Made by a program: the position numbers and the translations under genes. Of a DNA stretch of 64,000 nt, positions 39,201 to 49,643 are shown piece after piece. Every line of letters starts with the position of its first letter. The first letter of the stretch is position 1. A model generated the notes under the pieces. That model was not told the origin of the DNA. It saw only the letters and a program-made list of their open reading frames with translations, and made no database searches. Source of the DNA: Nemertoderma westbladi (lineage: Eukaryota > Animalia > Xenacoelomorpha). Location of the stretch: contig JAUCBJ010002904.1 in the NCBI GenBank assembly GCA_032718475.1, positions 1-64,000 of the forward strand. Direction: 5' to 3'.

Positions 39201-39495
39201 TTCGCGATTTTGGTTTAAATATTACTAAAACCCAATGGTCACCATTCATAAGGACTGGGAAGTACAAACCATCGTAATTGAATATGTTTATTTTTGAAGT
39301 CCATTGTTTTATGGCATTGTATCCCCCACGTTCAGAGTTTAATATTTCAAAAAAATGTGTGTTGAATGTTCTGTTCAAAGTATTCGTGTTGCAATCGCAC
39401 CAATATCTAAGCAAACTTTCCAAAATATTGTCAGATAACCATCCCTCCTCTTTTAAACTGCCAATATCCATTTCGTATAATGAACAATTGGAAAA
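36299..39495 (-). mobile_element. Penelope-like element (GIY-YIG type), copy 1
   Basis: Absent from the equivalent site in BEL copy A (~3700). Inserted in a (TA)-rich tract. Confidence 0.9.
36535..39471 (-). CDS. Penelope-like ORF (978 aa, uninterrupted): Ulp1/C48 protease, RT, Cys-rich linker, GIY-YIG endonuclease
   Basis: HWVL, YLDS, QFNSYQCG; QDKGN, SFDIINMFPSI, GTAMG, RYRDD, FLDLNI; CYNC..CDCC; NVVYLAIC..QGVGST..RLGNYKS; LRKSERFWI..GLN. Confidence 0.93.
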   Translation of the reverse strand: MDIGSLKEEGWLSDNILESLLRYWCDCNTNTLNRTFNTHFFEILNSERGGYNAIKQWTSKINIFNYDGLYFPVLMNGDHWVLVIFKPKSRKIFYLDSMGGQNIKIINSLKYWIKKEALKNNILDIEIIIEPPIKRVQFNSYQCGVYVCKFGKMCIDSSDGIYNLSYVNDNNINVFRNKMRSLVNDIMSKNNKESLGNLEKSLNVLEQENESIGNVNVTTNSNVKVFNLTEQKIDPGLIKLCSLGPSFVPQPMSVNWDDIQRNWQNFKRKVLWKVFFYKDNMEVINIESADKVDNSLFPPHIASTRNPPKCNIPAIEVFLDSIEKDIFKDTKLKKVRDNIDPQEREALNKFRKTNINDKEYIMRLQDKGNSFVFIDKETDNKKLKEQMDCGSFKKVEKDPSFTILNQITNWTEKWKDLGLSNKWVNYILLNSEPTPGTNYPRIKLHKEQAPARVITSGCGSATENLSQFVETYCKKIANTLPHRVKDTSHMLEIIDELNLHEIADNDILISFDIINMFPSIDNKNGINIVSNKLKENIHLFDVPSDCIIEALEICLKNNVSQYQNEFWIQTDGTAMGPKNSCSYADIVAGDIDIKVINKKKRYPELRCWFRYRDDIFSIWRGSKRRLFEFFKLLNTLDPKLKFTLDIGAKSLHFLDLNITIENNQLTTSVYSIPTDSHIYLNSKSAHPKCQINGIPKGVALRLKRINTKDKDYVTQGNVYKNHLIKCGHNADHVNTVFEEVRNMQRSEARNYKGKNKSIKNPTVLVTTYNPMAPNFKRLINKHYGILESNEMARKILPRNEIIVAYKRNPNLKELLAPSNPYKQLSCIDNPGCYNCSAKKCDCCENYLIETNHFKCVATGKTFKINKRLNCYSENVVYLAICIECNLQGVGSTINFKKRLGNYKSHIKKGVKSCNIGVHFIEKHNKSSKNLKFILIDQLPRRDNCVETIKKLRKSERFWIGMLLTNLKGLNSFHDYIQQ

Positions 39496-40271
39496 ATGAA
39501 CAAGGAACAGCTGAGAAACCTCTTCGCGGTATACCGCGCCGCGGACCAGAAACGCCGTGACTCAACCGGTAATGGTACAGATCTCAATCTTACCAACTCA
39601 GGATTGAGTACCGGAACAGGTGCAGGTATAGAAAACAACTTAGCAGTCCGAATATTGCAAGAGATGCAGGAACTGAGGAAAGAAGTACAAATATCGAATC
39701 AGTTACAGGGGAAAGTCGAGGAATTGTCCGAGAAACTGGACTCTTAGGGATTATTCGTAACCAACAGAGTTTTATAGAAACGGTGGACAGTGAGCGACGC
39801 GAGAGAAATCTGATTATTACTGGGATTAAAGAAACATCTACCGACTCGGGAGGAGAAGGAGACAAGGAAAAGATCTTTGATGTAATTCAAGCTATGGGTT
39901 TAGGTGAAAGAATAACACAGGCAACTATCGCTAGAGAATGGACGATTCAGCGTCTCGGAAAAGAGAACTCCGGATCAAGGGATAGACCCAGGCCCATTCT
40001 GGCTGTTGTCCGCAACAGAGAGGATCGCAACGTTATTTTGAGTAACGCTAAGAAGTTGAAGGAGGCAGAGGCTCCATTCAAAACCACGTATCTAAAGAAG
40101 GATGTTCATCCAAGTATTAGGAAGGAGATGGGTCGCCTGCGTGCGCGAGAATATACGGAGAAGAAAAAGCCACAGAACGAGGGGTGCGAAATATACTTGG
40201 ATTATCGTGAGCGAGTGTTGAAGCGGGACGGTGTAATTATCGACAGATTCAACGCGGTCCTGAGCGCCTAG
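39496..40271 (+). pseudogene. LINE ORF1 (coiled coil plus RRM-like region), one frameshift near 39745
   Basis: RRERNLIITGIKE, RLG..RPRPILA, YLKKD. Confidence 0.85.
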
Positions 40272-43200
40272 CGGCGCGTAGGGCATGATAGACGTCTACG
40301 GATATGTTCGTGGAATGCTAGAGGAGTTTGTGACAAACTATTAGAACGTGACCGACTGGAATTTTTTAGTCAATTTGATTTAGTTTGGGTTCTTGAAACT
40401 AAGACAGCTGCAAAGATTTACTTACCGGGATTCGAGGGTGTCCAGAACACTTCCAAGAAGAACTCTAACCGCGGAGGAGTTGCTCTATTTATTAAAGACT
40501 ACCTACTACCACAGATTAAACGATTAGACTGCAAGACAGAAGGCTACATTGCTATAGAATTACTATGTCTCCCAGATTGCTTGTTAAGCGGCTGCTATAT
40601 TCCGCCCTTAGACTCGCCGTACTACGATCCGTTCCAACTCGCCCAGCTTCAGGCGCAACTACAGACAGGCGGCCAATCCGTTGTAGTTCTAGGGGATCTT
40701 AACGCTCGAGTTGGCGACGCTTCACCTCACCTAGATGTGCCTTACAGAAACATAGTCGACCGAGATGTAAACCGCCACGGGAAGGACGTGATCGCTATCT
40801 GTAAATCTACGAATTCTCTTATTTTAAACCATCTCGAATACAAAGGTAAACAGTTGGGAGGAAATCTTTCATACAGGATGGGAAATAAATGGGTTTCAGA
40901 AATCGATATAGGTGTAGCGAAGGGGCCTATTCTAAACTGTATCTCTCGCTGGGAAGTCGACCAGTCCGTAACCGGATCAGACCACGCCGCACTACTGCTC
41001 GACGTAGATTGCGGTTTGCAGGTCCCAGTTAGTGACCTAAAGAACCGCTCAGCACTCCTGGGCGTTTCAGGTAACCAAACAAAATCTGGTCTTGGGAACA
41101 GTACACACCACTCGAACGTCGATTGCGTCAAGTTCCACAATGTAATGGAGGAAGTCGAACCTCCGCTCCTGGTCGGTCTATCGCCGGAGGATGTAGATAC
41201 CACGCTGAAGGATTTAAATAACCTTATCGCCTCCAGTTCTAGAATAGCTCGCAATCCGGGCTGCAACACTAGATTCGATAAACGCAACAAATATACTAGG
41301 TGGGAAACCATTCTCGAAGGTAATGATCCTAAACAGATATGGCGGGCAATAAACTGGAAGGGCCAGCTGTACGACGGTAACGATAATCTCGCTCAGGACC
41401 AACCGCCCCCTAGCCAGTTTAAAGCTCACTTTGAATCTCTACTAAATCCCACAAGCGCCGTTCCGCTAAGCGCTGGAATCGATCCTGAGTTTGAATCGGC
41501 GCCGTATATACCGGAACTAGACGATAAGTTTACTCCACGCGAGCTTGCTGATACTCTAGCTGATATTAAGGTTAATAAAGCGTATTGGGGCAGTAGTTTA
41601 GGGTTAATATGCAAACTTCCAGGATCTTGGTTAATTTTTATGTTATCAATATTCAATGTAATATTTGAGTATGTACGATTCCCCCCAGCATGGTGTTACA
41701 GTAAACTGTTTGTGCTTTATAAGAATAGTGGGTCACGTATGGACTGCGGTAATTACCGTGGTATTAGTATTGTTGACTCATTCGCTAAGATTTATGATAT
41801 GCTTATAAATTCTAGGCTGCTTAGATGGGTCAATATTGACAGCTGTCAAGCGGGTGGTAGAAAGAACCGTGGGTGTACTGAACAAGTTGTTGCATTACGA
41901 TTATTAATTAATTATGCTATTTCTAAGAAGTGTAAATTATTTGTTATGTTTGTCGATTTTCGTAAAGCCTACGATCTGGTCCTCCGTAACAAACTGTTGA
42001 ATGTACTAAGGGAAGCAGGCTGTGGGAAACAATTACTCTACGCCATTAGGGCTATATATAGTTGTACAAAAATTGTGTTGAAAGATGCAGTAATTATATC
42101 TATTCTCGGTGTAAAACAAGGTGCATCAACAAGCGTAACTTTATTTTGTATGTATTTAAATCAGTTTGTTGTAAGGTTACGTGCAGCGTACAGTACAGAT
42201 GGTTTTTTGGGAGTTATACAGATATTGCTACTTATGGATGACTCAGTTATTCTGTCTACTACACGTAGCGCATGTGAAACAAAATTTCGTGTTCTAGCTG
42301 ATTATTGTGCAGATTACGGAATGACTATAAACCCCAAAAAGACAAACTTTATGGTTATTAATGGATCGGTGTCTGACCGGGTCCCCATAGAATATGGAGG
42401 AATTAAAGTTTCTAACTGTGCTACATACATTTATCTAGGCTCACCATTCTGTGAGAATGGTAAAATGTCCTCAGTGCTCAATGTACACGCAAGTCGGTGT
42501 ACCGATGCTGTTAATAAGTTTATTATTTTCTGTACGGTCAACGATTCAATGCCTTCCACTTGAAACTGAAAGTTTTCCAAGCTTGCCTATCAGCAGTACT
42601 GACATATGGGTGTGAGTCTTGGTTAACTAGAGATTTCAAGTCTATAGAGGTACTGTATATGAAAGCGATTAAGTCGTTGCTTGGGGTACGTAAAACTACT
42701 CCGAATGACGTCTGTTTGGTAGAACTCGGTATTAAACCGCTACGAGCCATTGTTGTCGAAGCTCAAAAGAAATTGTTCACAAAATACTCAAAATTAGCCG
42801 ACAGAGCTCTACCAATCACGCAAACTCTTGATTTATGTGCAAATGTGGTAGGAATACACGGATATACTATACTATCTGGTGCGTGCAATGAAGATATTTC
42901 TAACTACAATTTAGATTCTATTAGGCGTAGGATTCGTAGTAAGCCACCCACTGCGACTAAGTTTTGGTCATACTGTCATGATATTAACCCGGAGCTAACA
43001 GTACATACAATTTATCGTGATAATGTTAACTACATACCAGACTACCAGCGTAAAGCATTTACTCGTTTTAGGGTGTTTTCGCATGAGTTACGCCGTGAAA
43101 AGGGTAGATGGAGTAGTACTCCACCTGCCGAGCGTGTGTGTTCATGCGACCACATCTCAGTTCAGAACGAGGAACATGCAGCTATGATATGTTCTCGTAC

Positions 43201-43324
43201 TAGGGAACTACGTGGTCAATTTCGTTACGTTGGATATTCGTCTTTAGTAGATCTGTTTCGTTGCCAGGATACAAAACAACTGTGTTGCTTCATTGAAAAA
43301 GTATTAGACAAATTTAAATGTTAA
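40272..43324 (+). pseudogene. LINE ORF2: APE endonuclease, RT, C-terminal CCHC (frameshift near 42560)
   Basis: ICSWNARG, LETK, VLGDLNAR, SDH; NYRGISI, FVDFRKAYD, GVKQG, LMDD, YIYLG; ERVCSC..EEH..C. Confidence 0.92.
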
Positions 43325-43459
43325 TCAGTAAATTAGTTGGACAAATATTGTGCTCTACCGTGTTATAATGTGAGTTAATTAATTAAGTTTGTTTTCAGTG
43401 TATTGTGTAATAATTATTGCTTTGTTTATCGAAAGTATTTGTCAATAAAATAATAATAA

Positions 43460-45232
43460 TAATAACATCAGGTTGTGGTAGCGCAACAGAAAATCTTTCT
43501 CAATTTGTAGAAACATACTGCAAAAAGATAGCTAACACATTACCACATCGGGTAAAAGATACCTCACACATGCTGGAAATAATAGACGAATTAAATTTAC
43601 ATGAAATTGCAGATAATGATATATTGATTAGTTTTGATATTATTAGTATGTTTCCTTCTATTGACAACAAAAACGGGATCAATATAGTTTCTAATAAATT
43701 AAAAGAAAATATACACTTGTTTGATGTACCTTCTGACTGCATTATTGAAGCATTGGAAATTTGCCTAAAAAACAACGTATCACAGTATCAAAATGAGTTT
43801 TGGATACAAACAGACGGCACTGCAATGGGACCGAAAAATTATTGTTCTTACGCTGACATAGTGGCAGGAGATATTGATATAAAAGTAAGAAAAAAAGATA
43901 CCCTGAATTAAGATGTTGGTTTAGATACAGAGACGATATATTCTCCATATGGCGTGGTTCAAAAAGGCGTCTATTCGAATTCTTTAAGCTATTAAATACA
44001 TTGGATCCAAAACTTAAGTTTACACTGGATATAGGTGCTAAATCGTTACACTTTTTAGATCTAAACATAACAATTGAAAATAATCAGTTAACAACATCAG
44101 TGTATAGTAAACCTACAGATTCACATATATATTTAAATAGTAAATCTGCCCACCCTAAATGCCAAATCAACGGAATTCCTAAAGGAGTTGCCTTAAGGTT
44201 GAAAAGAATTAACACAAAAGATAAAGACTACGTGACTCAAGGTAACGTGTACAAGAACCACCTAATTAAGTGTGGACATAATGCAGATCATGTAAATACA
44301 GTCTTTGAAGAAGTTAGGAACATGCAAAGATCGGAAGCAAGAAATTATAAAGGAAAAAACAAAAGTATTAAAAATCCAACAGTTTTAGTAACAACGTATA
44401 ACCCAATGGCTCCAAACTTTAAAATACTTATCAATAAACATTATGGTATATTAGAGTCAAACGAAATGGCAAGGAAAATACTACCACGAAACGAAATAAT
44501 TGTTTTATATAAAAGAAACCCAAACCTAAAAGAACTTCTAGCACCATCCAATCCATACAAACAATTATCATGCATTGATAATCCTGGTTGTTACAATTGT
44601 AGCGCTAAAAAGTGTGACTGTTGTGAAAATTACTTAATTGAAACCAACCATTTCAAATGTGTAGCTACAGGCAAGACTTTTAAAATAAACAAACGATTAA
44701 ACTGTTACTCGGAAAATGTAGTATATTTAGCTATCTGCATAGAATGCAATTTACAGGGTGTTGGCTCAACAATCAATTTCAAGAAGAGGCTTGGAAATTA
44801 TAAATCTCATATAAAAAAAAGGTGTGAAAAGTTGCAATATCGGCGTGCATTTCATCGAAAAACACAACAAATCCTCCAAAAACTTGAAATTTATTTTGAT
44901 TGACCAATTACCAAGAAGGGACAACTGCGTAGAAACAATAAAGAAACTAAGAAAATCAGAACGATTTTGGATTGGTATGCTGCTCACTAATATAAAGGGC
45001 TTGAACTCCTTCCATGACTACATTCAACAATAAAAACTTTATTATATTAAGTCTAGGTTACCTTAACAACAAACTAAGAATTACGATATTCTATGTAAAC
45101 AAATTCAAATAAGAATAATAAAAAATAGATTTGATAAAGGCTATGCAATATAGCCGAAATATCATCTGTAGAATAAAAACATAACTTTTCTTAAATACAA
45201 GCAGTAGCATTTATTTCATTTGTCTTCATAAT
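43460..45232 (+). mobile_element. Penelope-like element copy 2: 3' half, inverted relative to copy 1, frameshifted
   Basis: Near-identical reverse complement of 36336-38114. Confidence 0.95.
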
Positions 45233-45440
45233 ATATATAATATAACATATAATATAAGTAAGTAAGTAATAAACACTAATATATATTGCACTAATCTACT
45301 AAATAATCGCTAAAATAACGTTCTACTAAATAAAATTAAAGAAAACGATTATAATAAAATTACATAATAATACATACATAAATATAAAATAATAAAAACA
45401 AATATAAAATAATATAGTCACACACCCACTCCAGACGCTG

Positions 45441-46190
45441 TCACATTGGGGAGTCCCTGGATGTTGGTTGGATTAGGGAGGTGGTCGTGGGAAGAGTATC
45501 TTGCCTTCCATAGTTTCCGGAGAGTTCCCTGTCTCTTTCCAGTAAACATAAATGACCAACTGGGCGATTGAGCTGCTGCGTCTCGAAGACAATTCCTGGT
45601 TTTTTAAAGTTAGGTCGCATGACGACGAGTTCTACAGATCGCACCAAACCATCATCTGAGATATGAGTCTCAATGATACGACCTGTCTGCCACCGCTTAC
45701 GTGGAATATCTGACTCCACAATAAGGACCATGTCTCCTGCGCTGACGTTTTCTTGCTGCGCAAACCACTTAGTTCGAAGTTGTAGCGTAGGCAGATAATG
45801 TTTTTCGAAATGGTCGCGAAACGACGGGATAACAACTGCATAAGTTGCCAAGTTTGCCGGCAGTATTCGTCTCCGTCCGTGATTTCCGATCGTGGTAGCA
45901 TGGCTATAGGTTTCTTCAGTAGGAAGTGCGCGGGTGTTAGCGCTTCCAGGGAATCGGGACTCGATGAGACTGGCATAAGTGGTCTCTCGTTGAGATAGGC
46001 GGCGATTTCCTCCATTAACATCCGCAAAAGTTCGTCGGTGAGATACGCGCGGCACGGCACTATAAAGTGAAATGCGGTCTTCACGCTCCTGATTAATCTC
46101 TCCCAACTTCCTCCCCACCAAGGGGCGACGGCGGCGTTGAAGGTCCAGCTAGAAGCTGTGGGGCGAGCCATGAAGTGAGTGAGCCTTAGC
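45441..46190 (-). pseudogene. pol: BEL integrase, C-terminal part
   Basis: WTFN..APWWGGSWERL, LNERPL, LTPAHFL, GDMVLI..W..GRI..DGLVRSV. Confidence 0.92.
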
Positions 46191-49100
46191 GTAGGGGTAC
46201 CATTAATCAACCTGTCGTTCTGTCGCGTTTTTTTTCAGTATTTTATTTTAAACGTTAATAACTCGGCCAATCCTTGATGAAATCTATCCAAACTTGGTAC
46301 ACATGTTGTTTGGCAAAAGTTTGAAAATTTTCCAAGTAGAATTTGCGTGGGGTCTTCGTGCAGCATCAGTGTAACTGTTATTGCAGTTATAATAAATTTA
46401 TTTATCCAAATTTAAATGCGTTAAATTATTATTACTGTAGGATAAATCAGCTGGTTTTTCTGACAAATTTTGCAATACATTGGGGTTGTCTGCATGTACC
46501 ATGTGTACCGGTACTGTCAGGCTGTACTCTGAATCGAGAATCCTGCAATCAGTCAATACTGCAATACTGGTCAGCCGGTACCATACACTGCAGACATGCC
46601 ATATCATGTAATCTAATTAACCCCGGCAACCCTTGCGGTGATTAAAGTTTAGGCCTAATTAGCCCAGTACCGGCACCGGTAATAATAATATAATAGTTTA
46701 GATAGTTACCGCTAATCATTCAGTCATTGCTGCATTGGCACGGTACACCGTACAGCCGTATTGCTGTACTGCCGTTGTCAGTTGTAGTGCGCACCGTACT
46801 GCCGTAGGTACCACCCATGGCCTACTACACACAGGCCATGACAAGGACTTTGCTGTGAAATTAGCGTAGGTTGACTGTGCTGATTATCAGATTATGGTAC
46901 TGTGGTACAAGCTATATACTGTTAGGTATACTGCTGTACTGGGGTGGGGTTAGGAATAATCCATTGGTTTTAGCATTTAATCCCTTTATTTATTATAAAA
47001 CCATTGGAAATATTCGCAAATGCCGCTCCATTCTGCCATTACTGTCTGAAACGCTCCCGACAGTCCACCAGTCCGATGTATCTGGACCCGAGCAGCCGAG
47101 TTGCTTCAAGAGGTGATTAACGGGGGAATACTACGCAATGCTACGGAATTGCTTGTTTGTCAGTACGATTCTATTTGGGTATTTACTACACTCAGACACT
47201 GGGAATACGGCGGTCAGTCAGATCGTAATGCGGGCCACTGCCAAGTTCCTCATGCCTCACTCCGGTCACCCACCTTGGAGTGCGGTGGGAAGAGTCCCAC
47301 TTACTGACTTACGTCGACGACTGGACGAATCGACGAGGATTGCGATCTGGGTTTAGCGGCGGCCCGGATCCTGGTATCGCCTGGGGGAAATGGTTGAACG
47401 TCGGGCATACTTGTATCGCACTGGATTACGTTCTCTGCGACGTGAAAGTGTGAAGCAAATTCGTTGTCGAATTGGGTCGAAAGCTGCGGGAATTCTACTG
47501 TTCTACGGGAGTAAACCGCAGCGGTCCGGTGACTACGGACGGATACTACTGGGATAAGCAGGTATTTCGATCGAGTTTCTCGTATTCTCGATGCTCGACA
47601 GCTCGAGGCGGATAGAGAGTTGGTTGTGTTGGGCGGTGTTGTTCAATTCTATCAAACGTATTAAATAATTGGTAAAATAATAAAAACACACCAGATAAAG
47701 ATACTGAGCTTATGGTAAAGAGATAGGCCGAACTTACAATTTCCAAATAGATTGTTCATATAATAAATATATTTTTGGTATTTGATTTCAAGATAGGGGG
47801 GGGGGGGACTGGACGCAATAAAAATTCATCCCTCTCCAGGGGAAATTGGACGCAAATAACAACAGCTGATTACTCTCAAAAATAAAACTGTAACCTGTTC
47901 TATTGTGTTTACTTTATTGTTTTGGTTAAAATAACGTGCCACTGTAACCTGCTCCTTTCCCAAAATTGAGAAATTAATATTGAGGCGGGATATTAATTTG
48001 CCAAGATGGGATTTGCGTCCAGTCCCACCCCCCTCCTGTCTCTTGATTTTACTAAAAAATAGAATACATTGCATTTTACTGTTATAATTACTGTATTGAA
48101 TAAAATAATTAATTTATTTTTTATTAAACCGTGCTAAGCACGTTGAACTGGAGCTCTAACAATTCCCCACTAGCGGCAGACAGGAACTGTAAAAGTCTCT
48201 GTAGAATTTCTAATTAAGCAATGCTCTTAGGTAACTACTACTAAATTTCAGATGAATCTGATCGTTGGTTCTATAATTACAGCTATTTTTACGTTTCTGT
48301 TAATTCGCCCCCTAGCGGCAGACAGGGGAACTGTAGAAGTCTGTGTGTGTAGAATTTCAAAATTTTTTATAGACTACATGTGTACCAAGTTTGGTTCCAT
48401 TTCATCCTTGATTGACTGACTTATAAGCGTTCAAACATTCCTGCCACAAACATTGCCAGAGGCAGCCACAAACAAATAAAAGCTGCAGGAACTCTAGCGA
48501 TAATTATTTAATTAATTATTAAATAGTGTTTCAATTAAATTACTTACGAAAATCTAGTCATCTTCTTTTAAATATGGACCCTGCATTCGTGGAAAGTATA
48601 ATATTTGATAATTCAGCAGTCAGCCTACGCTAATTTCACAGCAAAGTCCTTGTCATGGCCTGTGTGAAGTAGGCCATGGTACCACCCTACTACCGGTACC
48701 TGCTGACCGGTGGCAACTAGCACTTCAGCACTTGCACAGCAACAGCACTACCGGTGATACACAGGTTGGAATTTATGTAGAGTTTGCTCAACAGTACAGA
48801 TATAAAATAGTTATCTAAATTATATATATTACTATTGACAAGTATTGAAATATATACCGTTATTCGTTTTATCAGTATTTGCAACATCTGACATTGAAGA
48901 GGTGAGAGAAGATGAATACCGGCACTCAACAAAACCAACGCTTATCACAGGTCGGTATGGTTACCTCGAAACCGGCGCGACTGTCCACTCGAATACAACT
49001 TCAAAACACAAACACCAACAATAAACTGAAAGCGAATCGTAAGTTTTCAGAAGAATCTGTCATTGGGACGAAGAAAAGGAAGCCGAAACCACGGGAATGG

Positions 49101-49643
49101 ACCACAGCTAAGATTGAATGCTCCCATTGTCAGAGTTCCTGGACCGAAATTGAAACACCAATTACTGATGGGCTTGATCTCTCAAACCAAAACTTCCTCT
49201 GCGGTGTTTGCGCGGCAGTAAAGATTGAAAGTCTGGAAGCTGGCATCCCTAGGTATTATTATTATAAAGAGCGTCAGCCTGCATTTAATAAATATATTTT
49301 AATACAAAACAGGTCGAACGCAAAGAGGCTTATAATGAAGACGAGTACTGCATTGATTATATTCCTATAAACCACCTGGCTTTGCATATTGAACGTGCGT
49401 TTGGAAATAAGTTCGTGCTACCCTTCCGTGGGTGGTAGATGTTGCGGTTATGTATTGGTGGGAGGAGGGGGGGGGGGGGGGGTGCAGATTTAAAGGGGTG
49501 AACACGTACTGTCCCCCTTTCTTTGATTAATTGGTGGTGTGGGTTAATCTCTCATAACCTGATTTTGTGATACAGTCGCACAATTTTAATTTGTATCTCA
49601 TAACTGGGCCTCGTGCTGCGCGAAGGCCCCACGAACGTGTTAC
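46191..49643. mobile_element. Unclassified 3.45-kb composite insertion in the BEL integrase
   Basis: 7-bp TSD CCTTAGC at 46184-46190 and 49644-49650. Removing it restores VDDQLRLTHFMARPTASSWTFN. Confidence 0.85.

Larger units (their letters stand above)
39496..43463 (+). mobile_element. APE-type LINE with two ORFs (clade uncertain; RTEX/L2/CR1-like)
   Basis: ORF1 and ORF2 followed by AATAAA and a (TAA)n tail at 43444-43465. No TSD seen. Confidence 0.9.

Noticed and set aside
45034-45232. Hammerhead ribozyme in the Penelope 3' region
   Set aside because: No CTGANGA...GAAA core seen here or in 36299-36534.
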